The notes beneath the pieces were generated by a model. That model was given only the letters and a program-made list of their open reading frames with translations. It searched no databases and was not told where the DNA came from. Shown piece by piece: positions 35,886 to 44,987 of a DNA stretch of 64,000 bases (positions within the stretch are counted from its first letter, which is position 1; each line of letters opens with the position of its first letter). The DNA comes from an uncultured archaeon (GTDB lineage Archaea; Iainarchaeota; Iainarchaeia; Iainarchaeales; JAAZKV01). The translations under genes were made by a program, and so were the position numbers. Location: NCBI GenBank assembly GCA_964551375.1, contig CAZKBG010000001.1:757150-821149 (forward strand), read 5' to 3'.

Positions 35886-37931
35886 ATGCCAAAAAAACAC
35901 AAGCATGATTTATCCAAACTGCTGAATCCAAAAAGCGTTGCGGTAATCGGAGCGTCAAATATTCCTGGAAAAGTGGGATATGCGCTTGTAAAAAATCTGA
36001 TTGAAGCGGATTATTCAGGAGAAATTATTCCAATTAACCTGCATGAGAAAAAAGTCCAAGGAATCAATGCTTATGAATCAATTTCAAAAATAGCAAAAGC
36101 AGTTGACTGCGCGCTTATTGCGGTTCCCGCACAGTTTGTCCCGCAAATACTAAAAGAATGCGCGGATAAGGGAATCAAAAGCGCGGTAGTAATAACCGCT
36201 GGATTTTCAGAAACTGGGGAAGAAGGAAAAAAAATAGAAGAAGAAATGGCTAAAATAATTAAAGAACACCGCATGCTTGTAGTTGGACCAAATACGCTTG
36301 GAGTAATTAATACTGAAAACGGGTTTAACGGCTCATTTGCATCAACATTCCCCCAGCAGGGACACTTGGCAGTAGTTTCGCAATCAGGGGCTTTATGCAC
36401 CGCAATGCTTGACTGGGCAAGGCAGGAAAAAATAGGATTCAGCAAATTTATTTCAACAGGGAACAAAACATTCCTAAACGAAGCGGACTATTTTGAATAC
36501 CTTGAAAACGATCCAAGAACAAAAGCAGTGTTTGTTTATATGGAATCGGTAAAAGACTCAAACACATTCTTAAAACATGCTGCAAAACTCGCAAAGAAAA
36601 AGCCAGTAGTTGTTATAAAATCAGGAAGATCAAAAGCAGGGCAAAAAGCAGCGTCATCCCACACAGGCGCAATGAGCGTGGATGATAATATTTTCTCAAT
36701 CGCATGCAAAAAAGCAAATATTATTAGGCTTACCACAATTGAAAGCTTTTTTGACATGGCAAAGCTTTTGTCAAAATTAAAAAAAGTAAGCGGGTTTAAG
36801 CTTGCAGTTGTAACAAATGCTGGCGGGCCAGGAGTAATAGTTGCCGACGCTGCAGAAGCAAATAATTTCATGCTTCCTGCTTTTACAGAAAAAACAATCA
36901 ATATTGTAAAAGAAATAAATCCGCATCCTTCAAATCCGCTTGACTTAATAGGGGATGCAAAGCCGATTGATTACAAAACCGCCATAAAAACGCTTCAAGC
37001 GGACTCAAATGTGGATATAGTTTATGTGCTTCTAACTCCACAGAGCATGACAAATCCTGAAAGAGTTGCTGACATTATAGTTTCGCTCAACAAATCAAAG
37101 CAGATAATCTGCTCATTCATCGGCGGAACCAGCGTGGCCCATCCGCGAAGATACCTAAAAGAACACGGGGTTGTTGATTTTGAAACCCCTGAAAGGGGAA
37201 TCAAAGCGCTTGCAAGATTATTTGAATACACCAAAAGAAAAGCTGTAAAGAAAAATTTTGAACAAAAAACCCATCCTAAAAAAGAAATTGGAAAGTCAAT
37301 ATTTGTAAAAAAACAAATGGATATGGAAGAATCATACAAGCTTCTTCATGAGTTTGGAATTAACACTCCTAAAACAGTATTTTTTACGCACGCAAACGAA
37401 CTTGAGCACCATAAAATCAATTTTCCGGTTGCTCTAAAAACAGCGACAGGATTTGCGCACAAAACAGACCATGGTTTAATTAAAGTAGGAATACGCACAA
37501 AAGACGAGCTTGAAATTGAAGTTCATTTTATGCGTGAAAAGTCAAAACAGCTCGGAATTGAATCAAGATTTGCTATGCAGGAAATGGTAAGCGGACAGGA
37601 AGTGCTTGTTTCAGCAATAACTACTGAATTTGGAAAAGCAGTTACTTACGGACTTGGAGGGATATTTGTTGAAGTCACAAAAGACTTTTCACAAAAGCTT
37701 GCCCCCATAAACGATTCGGACATTGAAGAGATGCTTGAAGAGGTTAAAGGGACAAAAGTTCTTCACGGCGCAAGAACAAAAAAGAAATACGATATCGAGT
37801 CATTGAAAAAACTCATAAAAGCGCTTGCGCTGCTCGCCCAGACTTATCCTCAAATTAAGGAAATAGAACTAAATCCAGTTATTGTAACTGAAAACGGCTG
37901 TGTGGCTGTTGATGCTGTTGCGCTGATTTGA
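35886..37931 (+). CDS. acd: ADP-forming acetyl-CoA synthetase, fused alpha-beta (CoA-binding/succinyl-CoA-synthetase-like plus ATP-grasp)
   Basis: N-terminal SVAVIGASNIPGKVGYALVKNL CoA-binding motif. GPNTLGVIN segment. C-terminal ATP-grasp half. 681 aa fused architecture. Confidence 0.85.
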   Translation: MPKKHKHDLSKLLNPKSVAVIGASNIPGKVGYALVKNLIEADYSGEIIPINLHEKKVQGINAYESISKIAKAVDCALIAVPAQFVPQILKECADKGIKSAVVITAGFSETGEEGKKIEEEMAKIIKEHRMLVVGPNTLGVINTENGFNGSFASTFPQQGHLAVVSQSGALCTAMLDWARQEKIGFSKFISTGNKTFLNEADYFEYLENDPRTKAVFVYMESVKDSNTFLKHAAKLAKKKPVVVIKSGRSKAGQKAASSHTGAMSVDDNIFSIACKKANIIRLTTIESFFDMAKLLSKLKKVSGFKLAVVTNAGGPGVIVADAAEANNFMLPAFTEKTINIVKEINPHPSNPLDLIGDAKPIDYKTAIKTLQADSNVDIVYVLLTPQSMTNPERVADIIVSLNKSKQIICSFIGGTSVAHPRRYLKEHGVVDFETPERGIKALARLFEYTKRKAVKKNFEQKTHPKKEIGKSIFVKKQMDMEESYKLLHEFGINTPKTVFFTHANELEHHKINFPVALKTATGFAHKTDHGLIKVGIRTKDELEIEVHFMREKSKQLGIESRFAMQEMVSGQEVLVSAITTEFGKAVTYGLGGIFVEVTKDFSQKLAPINDSDIEEMLEEVKGTKVLHGARTKKKYDIESLKKLIKALALLAQTYPQIKEIELNPVIVTENGCVAVDAVALI

Positions 37932-37938
37932 TTTTGAT

Positions 37939-39417
37939 TTAGCTTTTTATCTGCCCGCCGCAGCAAGCCCGATTGTCGCTGTCAAAAAGACGAAGCTGTT
38001 CCCCCATTTTTGTCGGATAAGTGCCGTTAACACAGGCAAGACAAAGGGAATCTTTTGGTATTCCAATTCCTTTAACAAGTCCATCTTCGGTTTGATAAAT
38101 CAAAGAATCAGCGCCGATTTCTTTTCTTACTTTTTCGATTATATCTTTGCTGCTCAAATTATCTTTTGCCGCAACAAGCTCCTTTCTTGTGCTCATATCA
38201 ATTCCATAAAAGCATGGCCATTTAATCGGAGGGCAGGAAACTCGCACATGGATTTCTTTTGGCTTTCCGTTTGTTCTGATAAAATCAATCATGCCCTTCA
38301 TAGTCGTTCCGCGGACAATGCTGTCATCAACCAAAAATACTCTTTTTCCTTCAACGACCTGCCTGATTACTGTAAATTTATCCTTAACCTTCTGCGCTCT
38401 GTCTTTTGATTCAATAAAAGTCCTTCCAACATACCTGTTTCTAATTAATCCCTCAACACAAGGAAGCTTCAGCACTTCTGCAAATCCTTCTCCAGCTGGA
38501 CGGCTGGAATCAGGAACCGGAACCACAATGCAATCGGAAGAAATTTTCTGGGTCTCAAGTTTAGCAAGCTCCTTTCCAAGAGAATGCCGCGCTTTGTATA
38601 CTAAAGTTGAATCAAGGACTGAAGCGGGGTTGGCAAAATAAACCCATTCAAAAAAGCAATGCGCTTTCTTTTTTTGATTTGAAAAACGCTCTATTCTAAT
38701 GTTTCCTTTTTCTTTTATTATCATCTCGCCTGGCGCAAGATCTTTAATATCAGTAAATCCAATTGACTCAAGCGCAACGCTTTCGCTCGCAAAAGCAAGT
38801 TCATCGCCTCTTATTGAATAACATAAAGGGTGAAAGCCAAGCGGGTCTCGGGCGGCAATCAGCGTGCCGTTTGCGTCAATGAAAGCAATATTATATGCCC
38901 CGTCAAGATTATCAGAAACTCGTTTAAAGATTTCAAGATAAGAATTTGACTCCTTAATTGCTTTTGAGAACAAGTGCATAATTACTTCAGTATCCGTGTC
39001 GCGCACAAGATGATAATTATCTCTTTCAAGCCCCGCTTTGAGATCCGCATAGTTTGAGATATTTCCATTAAAGCAAAATGAAAACCATTTATTTTTGTTG
39101 CCGTGAGTTCTTTCAAAAGGCTGGGCATAGCTCACATCATCAGGGCCGCTTGTGGCATACCTCACGTGCCCGATTCCGTCGCCTGAAGAATGCTCTTTTA
39201 ACACCTGCGCAAACTTTTCCTTATTCTCTGAATGAAACGCTGTATTTACAGTTCCAAGCCTTCGATAAGTGTTAAGTCTCTGCAGCTCATTCTCATGAAA
39301 AGTAGTTATTCCTGCTGAAAGCTGGCCCCTGTGCTGAAGCTGGATAAGCATTTTGTATAAAAAAACGCCGGCATTATCCTTAACGCTAATTCCACAAATG
39401 CCGCATTTGTGATTCAT
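37939..39417 (-). CDS. purF: amidophosphoribosyltransferase (glutamine PRPP amidotransferase)
   Basis: N-terminal MNHKCGICGI (Ntn Cys). PRTase motif VFLVDDSIVRGTTMKGMI. C-terminal Cys ligands CLACVNGTYPT. Confidence 0.9.
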   Translation of the reverse strand: MNHKCGICGISVKDNAGVFLYKMLIQLQHRGQLSAGITTFHENELQRLNTYRRLGTVNTAFHSENKEKFAQVLKEHSSGDGIGHVRYATSGPDDVSYAQPFERTHGNKNKWFSFCFNGNISNYADLKAGLERDNYHLVRDTDTEVIMHLFSKAIKESNSYLEIFKRVSDNLDGAYNIAFIDANGTLIAARDPLGFHPLCYSIRGDELAFASESVALESIGFTDIKDLAPGEMIIKEKGNIRIERFSNQKKKAHCFFEWVYFANPASVLDSTLVYKARHSLGKELAKLETQKISSDCIVVPVPDSSRPAGEGFAEVLKLPCVEGLIRNRYVGRTFIESKDRAQKVKDKFTVIRQVVEGKRVFLVDDSIVRGTTMKGMIDFIRTNGKPKEIHVRVSCPPIKWPCFYGIDMSTRKELVAAKDNLSSKDIIEKVRKEIGADSLIYQTEDGLVKGIGIPKDSLCLACVNGTYPTKMGEQLRLFDSDNRACCGGQIKS

Positions 39418-39487
39418 CTATTATTATTCGTAAAGAAAGCAAATATAATATAATCGCCAGAGTCAGTTCTTTATATCTCTGCTATAA

Positions 39488-40453
39488 ATGCGTGTTAATA
39501 TGAACAAAATTGGAAATCTAAAGCTGAAAGGAGAAGTATTTCTCGCGCCAATGGCGGATTATACAAATGTGGCATTTCGAGTGCTTGCCAAAGAATACGG
39601 CGCAGCGCTTGTTTATACTGAACTAATTTCCGCAAAAGCGCTGACTATGAAAAGCAAAAAAACAGAAAAAATGCTTCTTGTCGGGGAATCTGAAAAACCG
39701 GTGTTTTTGCAGCTTTTTGGGGCAAATCCTGTTGATTTTGAAAAAGCAATTGGCATGGTTGAGAAAAAATACCCTCTTAATTTCGCGGGCTATGACTTAA
39801 ATTGCGGATGTTCAGTTCCAAAAGCTCTCAAAGGCAAATATGGGTGCTCGCTGATGAACGACTCTCAAATTATAGGACAAGTTATTTCTTCAATGAAAAA
39901 AAGCACTGATAAACCAGTGACCATAAAAATGAGGCTGGGTCTTAAAGAAGAAACTTTTCTTGAAGTTGCGGAAGAAGCGGTTAATAACGGCGCTGAAGCA
40001 ATAACACTTCACCCAAGGCTGGGGGAGCAAGGATATTCTGGAGATGCAAACTGGGAAAAAATTGCTCATTTAAAAAAAGCAGTTGATGTTCCAATAATCG
40101 GAAACGGTGATATAAAAAAACCTTCTGATGTTTTGGAGCTGAAAAAGAAAACCAACTGCGACTTTGAAATGGTGGGAAGGGCTGCAATTGGAAATGCTTT
40201 TTTCTTCAAGCAGGCAAACGAAGCAGTTAATGGAAAAGAAATATCCCAAAAAAAGCAAAGCGATGTTAAAAATGAAGGCTTGCGGTTTTTAGCCCTTGCA
40301 AAAGAATTTGGGCTCGGGGTAAATGACGTGCGTCCGTATTTTATCGGATTAAGCAAAGGACTAATCGGGGCTTCAGTTTTAAGAAACCGATTTGGGCTAA
40401 GCAAAACAATTGATGAAATTGAAGACTTTTTTTTAAAATATTTTGAAGATTAA
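39488..40453 (+). CDS. dus: tRNA-dihydrouridine synthase (Dus family TIM barrel)
   Basis: FLAPMADYTNVAFRVLAKEYGAALVYTELISAKAL and a Dus-like fold. Confidence 0.75.
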   Translation: MRVNMNKIGNLKLKGEVFLAPMADYTNVAFRVLAKEYGAALVYTELISAKALTMKSKKTEKMLLVGESEKPVFLQLFGANPVDFEKAIGMVEKKYPLNFAGYDLNCGCSVPKALKGKYGCSLMNDSQIIGQVISSMKKSTDKPVTIKMRLGLKEETFLEVAEEAVNNGAEAITLHPRLGEQGYSGDANWEKIAHLKKAVDVPIIGNGDIKKPSDVLELKKKTNCDFEMVGRAAIGNAFFFKQANEAVNGKEISQKKQSDVKNEGLRFLALAKEFGLGVNDVRPYFIGLSKGLIGASVLRNRFGLSKTIDEIEDFFLKYFED

Positions 40454-40529
40454 CTGGCAGTTTGAATGTTTAGTTTGATTCTAAAAAATCGGCTTGCCAA
40501 GCCGGAGTTGGCAGTTAATCTGATTTAAA

Positions 40530-40739
40530 TTACATTTCAGGCGCATAAACAGTTCGTTCTGTCTTATGGGCTTTTTTAACATAGCCTAATGATGATTCCT
40601 TCATCAATTTTTCGCATTTAGTCGAGCAGAATTTAACCGAAGCGTCAGCTGCCTCAAAGATTACTCCGCACCTTGCACATAATTTCTTCATTTTCCCACC
40701 ATCCACCGCCCCGCTACGGGCAATAATCTTTCTTATCAT
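40530..40739 (-). CDS. small zinc-ribbon protein (69 aa)
   Basis: Two CxxC pairs (CARCG...CSTKCEKL). Convergent with dus; hairpin cggcttgccaagccg in the spacer. Confidence 0.4.
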   Translation of the reverse strand: MIRKIIARSGAVDGGKMKKLCARCGVIFEAADASVKFCSTKCEKLMKESSLGYVKKAHKTERTVYAPEM

Positions 40740-40776
40740 AAGGGCTTTAAAATATGATTATTAGGCGCTTTTAGTC

Positions 40777-41436
40777 ATGTATCGCATATTGTTGGACACA
40801 AGTTTTTCGGGTAAGCTTAAAAATAATAAATGCCTAAATAAAAGCATGGTTGAATTAAGCGAATCAGCAAGAAAAATGGCAAAAGAAGCTGAAGAATGGG
40901 CTGAAAAACAGAAACTATTGCACATGTCCGAAATCAGCATTATTCTTGAATCATATGATTCGATATTTTCTGATTTTGACCCACGAACTTATGCTCAAAG
41001 ATCCCTTTCAGTGGATTTTTTAACTGAAATAAAGCGCGCAACAAGAGAAAACAAATCAGGAGTAATAGAGCTAAACCTGCTGATACCAGTTGAGAAAAAA
41101 AATGATGAAGTGGAGGCGAAAGTCCGAAAAAGGCTTCATGAATATTTTAGGAAACACTATGATATCACAAAAAGAGAAGTTGACGCAGTAAGAAGCAAAG
41201 GCGCAATAATGATAGGTGTTGGATTAAGTCTTTCAATGGTTGCCGCGGTTTTTGTCTACCCTACCGGATCAACTAATATATTAAATAATATAATTTTGGT
41301 GCTGATTGAACCTGCAGCATGGTTTACAATATGGGAAGGGGCGAACAAAGTTTTTGACACTTGGAGAGTGCTTGAGCCAGATCTTGAATTTTTTAGAAAA
41401 ATGATAAAAAGCGAGATAACCTTTACAAGGTATTAG
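40777..41436 (+). CDS. hypothetical membrane protein (C-terminal transmembrane helices)
   Basis: Hydrophobic stretches GAIMIGVGLSLSMVAAVFVY and ILVLIEPAAWFTIW. Stop is 2 nt before the DUF2207 gene start. Confidence 0.4.
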   Translation: MYRILLDTSFSGKLKNNKCLNKSMVELSESARKMAKEAEEWAEKQKLLHMSEISIILESYDSIFSDFDPRTYAQRSLSVDFLTEIKRATRENKSGVIELNLLIPVEKKNDEVEAKVRKRLHEYFRKHYDITKREVDAVRSKGAIMIGVGLSLSMVAAVFVYPTGSTNILNNIILVLIEPAAWFTIWEGANKVFDTWRVLEPDLEFFRKMIKSEITFTRY

Positions 41437-41437
41437 T

Positions 41438-43339
41438 ATGCAAAAAAAACTGCTGCTGCTCTTTCTGATTTTGCTCATTGCCTCAAGCGCGATGGCAAAG
41501 AGCTTCACATTCACAAATGTTGACATAAACTATGTTTTTTCCCCTGACTCAAGCGCGCAGGTGACAGAAAAGTTAACCTTTAATTTTGACGGCTCATTCA
41601 GCTTCGCATACAGGGATATTGAATTAAAAAACGGGCAAAGCGTAACTGATTTTTATGCGTATGAAGAAACCGGTGCACAATTGATTCCGCTTATAGTTGA
41701 AGTTGAAGATACAATGGAAGGAGTGAGGGCAACATGGCACTACTCTGCTTCAAATGAGAAAAAAACATTTGTGCTCAAGTACAACTTAAAAGGCTCGGTT
41801 AATTCATATACTGATTCTTACGAATTTTACTGGAAACTTTGGGGCTCAAGCTGGGAAGCGCAGGTTGAATCATTCCGTGCTCAACTGACTTTCCCAAAAT
41901 ACCTTGCAGAAGGAACAAAAATCTGGATTCACCCAAAAATTGACGCAAGATACGAATGGAACGGGCCAGTTGTGGAAATATTCGCAAACAATATCCCCAG
42001 CGAAACATTTCTTGAAGCAAGAATACTATTCAATAAAGAAGTAATGAGCGGAGAATACGCCGTTCAAAAACAAATGAGCGGAATAACTGAAGTAAACAGA
42101 GACGAGGATTTATTTGCTGCAAGGGAAAAAGCAAATGAAGAACTCGCGGCATTAATGTGGATTGCTCCAGTTTTGTGCATGCTGATACTCGCAGGGTCAT
42201 TTATTTATTTTTATAAAAAACACGGAGTTGAACCAAATGTTAGAAAAATTCTTTACATGCGAGACATTCCGTCAGAGGACAAACCTTATTTTGTTGATTA
42301 TTTGGTGAATATGGGTGTGACTGAAAACGGACTCATAGCAACGCTTATTGATTTAGTAAGACGAAATCATATTCAAATTGAAAAAATTACTAAAGGGATG
42401 GTTTTCAAAAGCGATGATTTTGTGCTGACAAGAACAAAAGGAAATGATTCTCTTTCAAAACCTGAAGAAGAATTAATCGGGGAGTTATTTTACAACGGTG
42501 AGGAAACTCCGATTAAATTAAGCGAATTCACCGCGTACAGACGAACAATCACAACTTCACTCTTAACACAATGGGCTGAGTGGGTTGTGGAAGAACTTGG
42601 AATTAAAGGCGACAAAACCAAATACTTTAATTTTACTGGGCGAAACAACTTCATGATAATTTCAGTATTAATGATACTTGGAATTATTGCGATTGGATTT
42701 ATTGCGGCGGGAGAAAATGCAATTCTCTTAATAATGGCGACTTTCATTATTGGAATGTTTTCAATAGTTATGGGAATAGGATTATTTGCAGTAAAAGGGC
42801 TTGCAAAAATTTACATAGTCGGTTTTATGCTTGTGTGGGGCGGAATGATGGGCTTTGGAGTTGGAATGGCCTTTCTTACCGAACCAGGATTTGAAATATT
42901 AATGCCGCTTGTAATTGCGGAAATAATTTGCATATTATTTGTCACAAGCGCATTTTCAATGAAAGGAGTTCTTCCAAGCATTCTGCCGGAGTGGGCGCAA
43001 AAACGCGAAGAATGGGAAGGCTTGCAAAGATTTCTTGACACTTTTGGGCAGATGAAAGAAAAAACAGTTCCTGAAGTGGTTCTTTGGGAAAAATATTTAG
43101 TATTTGCGGCAGTGTTTGGAAATACTGATAAAATTCTAAAACAATATTCTGAAAGCGTAAGCGCAGAACTTGCAAAACGCAGCACCACAATGACTGCATT
43201 CTCAAGCGCGGCAGTTTACTCAAGCTTTTCTTCAAGCATGAGCTCGGGATTTAATTCATCAGTTTCAGGCTCTGGCTCGGGCGGCTCAAGCGGGGGCGGC
43301 GGCGGAGGAGGAGGCGGCGGGGGCGGCGGAGCAGGCTAA
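41438..43339 (+). CDS. DUF2207-family membrane protein with signal peptide and C-terminal poly-Gly tail
   Basis: Signal peptide MQKKLLLLFLILLIASSAMA. Large extracytoplasmic N-domain, then multiple TM helices. C-terminal SGSGSGGSSGGGGGGGGGGGGGAG, typical of DUF2207 proteins. Confidence 0.6.
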   Translation: MQKKLLLLFLILLIASSAMAKSFTFTNVDINYVFSPDSSAQVTEKLTFNFDGSFSFAYRDIELKNGQSVTDFYAYEETGAQLIPLIVEVEDTMEGVRATWHYSASNEKKTFVLKYNLKGSVNSYTDSYEFYWKLWGSSWEAQVESFRAQLTFPKYLAEGTKIWIHPKIDARYEWNGPVVEIFANNIPSETFLEARILFNKEVMSGEYAVQKQMSGITEVNRDEDLFAAREKANEELAALMWIAPVLCMLILAGSFIYFYKKHGVEPNVRKILYMRDIPSEDKPYFVDYLVNMGVTENGLIATLIDLVRRNHIQIEKITKGMVFKSDDFVLTRTKGNDSLSKPEEELIGELFYNGEETPIKLSEFTAYRRTITTSLLTQWAEWVVEELGIKGDKTKYFNFTGRNNFMIISVLMILGIIAIGFIAAGENAILLIMATFIIGMFSIVMGIGLFAVKGLAKIYIVGFMLVWGGMMGFGVGMAFLTEPGFEILMPLVIAEIICILFVTSAFSMKGVLPSILPEWAQKREEWEGLQRFLDTFGQMKEKTVPEVVLWEKYLVFAAVFGNTDKILKQYSESVSAELAKRSTTMTAFSSAAVYSSFSSSMSSGFNSSVSGSGSGGSSGGGGGGGGGGGGGAG

Positions 43340-43420
43340 AGTTTAGTTTAAAGATTAGTTTAAAGTTTAGTTTAAAGTTTAATCTAAAGATTAGTTTAAC
43401 AAATAGTTTTAGTTTATTGG
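43338..43420. repeat. tandem short AT-rich repeat array (unit about tagtttaaag[a/t]tt) in the convergent intergenic spacer
   Basis: aaagtttagtttaaagattagtttaaagtttagtttaaagtttaatctaaagattagtttaac. Confidence 0.7.
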
Positions 43421-43484
43421 GTTAAGTTTTTTTATTTAGTTTTATTTTATAGCTTTTTATTTTTGGTTTAATTTTATCAAGCGT

Positions 43485-44105
43485 TTAATCTTCATCATTA
43501 ATTCCAATCTGCTGATCAAGCTCTTCGGCTGTTCGCTTTAGCTGCGCAAAGATTCGTTCAACATCCTCTTCAATTTCTTCAATAGTCCTTTTCATGCTCC
43601 TGCTTCTTGAGGAATAAAATTTCCCGTTCTTTTCAATCAGCCCTGAGCGCTGCAAATTATTTAAGTGATTAATAGTCGCGCCCCTGCTCATCCCAACTCT
43701 TTCAGCTAATGCAGTGCTGCTTAACGCTTCTCCTTTTTCAGTGGCAAGAACTATTTCCTTAAACACCGCTGCAGCATTTTTCTCCTTATCAATCGGCTCA
43801 AAAAATCCAAGCGAAGAGCAAATCCATGCTAACTGATGCTCAAAATCTTCCCTAAAAGGTCTCTCAACTTTTCTAACAACCACTTTGAATCTTGCTCTTC
43901 TTGTGGGAACATGCTTAACAGAGCCTTTCATGATTGGAAGAGAATGAAAATCTTCAATAAGACCGTTTGGGTTAATTTTAATCTCAATTTTTGAAACCTT
44001 TGGTTTTTTTAGCTTAGTTTTCTTATTTCTTAATTTTGCGAGCGGATTAGCTATTTCAGGCCTGTAAATATCAGGGTAATTAGATTTTTGGCTGTTTTTT
44101 GCCAT
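43485..44105 (-). CDS. winged-helix transcriptional regulator (206 aa), divergent from grpE-dnaK-dnaJ
   Basis: HTH segment SSTALAERVGMSRGATINHLNNLQRSGLIEKNG. Basic N-terminus. Divergent promoter region with several TATA-like boxes at 44106-44195. Confidence 0.5.
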   Translation of the reverse strand: MAKNSQKSNYPDIYRPEIANPLAKLRNKKTKLKKPKVSKIEIKINPNGLIEDFHSLPIMKGSVKHVPTRRARFKVVVRKVERPFREDFEHQLAWICSSLGFFEPIDKEKNAAAVFKEIVLATEKGEALSSTALAERVGMSRGATINHLNNLQRSGLIEKNGKFYSSRSRSMKRTIEEIEEDVERIFAQLKRTAEELDQQIGINDED

Positions 44106-44195
44106 TAAACCACGCTTCTACAAGCTACATGAAAGGAAGTATTTAAAAAGACTTTGTTTAAATAAGATTGATATTGTTTAAAGAGTTTAGACAAA

Positions 44196-44894
44196 ATGGT
44201 GGTTTTAGTGTCTATAATCAACAATAATACCGATAATTCAAGCAATAATAGCTCAAAAGAGGCTCCAAAAGGGGCTAAAGAAGGGCAATTAGGAGGCCAA
44301 AACCCTGCCCAAACTGGTCCAAACCAGCACAACTGCGAGTGCAAATGTGCTCATGAGGGGCAAAAAGCAAATAGTGAAGCTGGGAAATGCCACTGCGAAG
44401 ATGAAAAATGCAACTGCAAAAATGCAAAAGAAAGCGAAGCGCAAAAACCACAAGACGCAAAAGTAAAAGACTTGACAATTACCCTTCAAAGACTTCAAGC
44501 AGAATTTGAAAACTACCAAAAAAGAAACATAAAGCAAAACGAAGAATTTCGAACACTTGCAAACGCAAGATTAATTGAAGAAATGCTTCCAGTGCTTGAC
44601 TCGCTTGAACAGGGAATGAAACATGATAAAGCGCTAGTGATAGTTCACGAACAGCTTTACACAATTTTAAAGAAAAACGGCTTAGCAAAAATACATGCAG
44701 AAAGAGGAATGAAATTTAACCATGACAAAATGGAATGCTTAATGCAGGAAACTGACGCCAGCCTCAAAGAAGACGCGGTAGTGAATGTATTAATGGCAGG
44801 ATATGAATTAAGCGGAAAAATATTAAGACTTGCAAAAGTAAGCGTGAACGCATTAAAAGCAAATAACGCCGGCGGAAGCGAAGCAAAGAAGTAA
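44196..44894 (+). CDS. grpE: GrpE nucleotide-exchange factor with unusual Cys/His-rich N-terminal extension
   Basis: GrpE core LQAEFENYQKR...LPVLDSLE...VVNVLMAGYELSGKILRLAKVSV. N-terminal HNCECKCAHE...CHCEDEKCNCK. Confidence 0.8.
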   Translation: MVVLVSIINNNTDNSSNNSSKEAPKGAKEGQLGGQNPAQTGPNQHNCECKCAHEGQKANSEAGKCHCEDEKCNCKNAKESEAQKPQDAKVKDLTITLQRLQAEFENYQKRNIKQNEEFRTLANARLIEEMLPVLDSLEQGMKHDKALVIVHEQLYTILKKNGLAKIHAERGMKFNHDKMECLMQETDASLKEDAVVNVLMAGYELSGKILRLAKVSVNALKANNAGGSEAKK

Positions 44895-44987
44895 TTTGTT
44901 GGAGAGATTTTAGGATTAAGTAAAAATAGAAAGTCAAAGGAAAAAGAATTATATTTGGAGTAAATTTTTAGAAATAAAAATTGGAGT

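Noticed and set aside
38092-38641. Plus-strand ORFs of 105 and 116 aa
   Set aside because: They are antisense to purF, which is strongly supported by conserved motifs on the minus strand.
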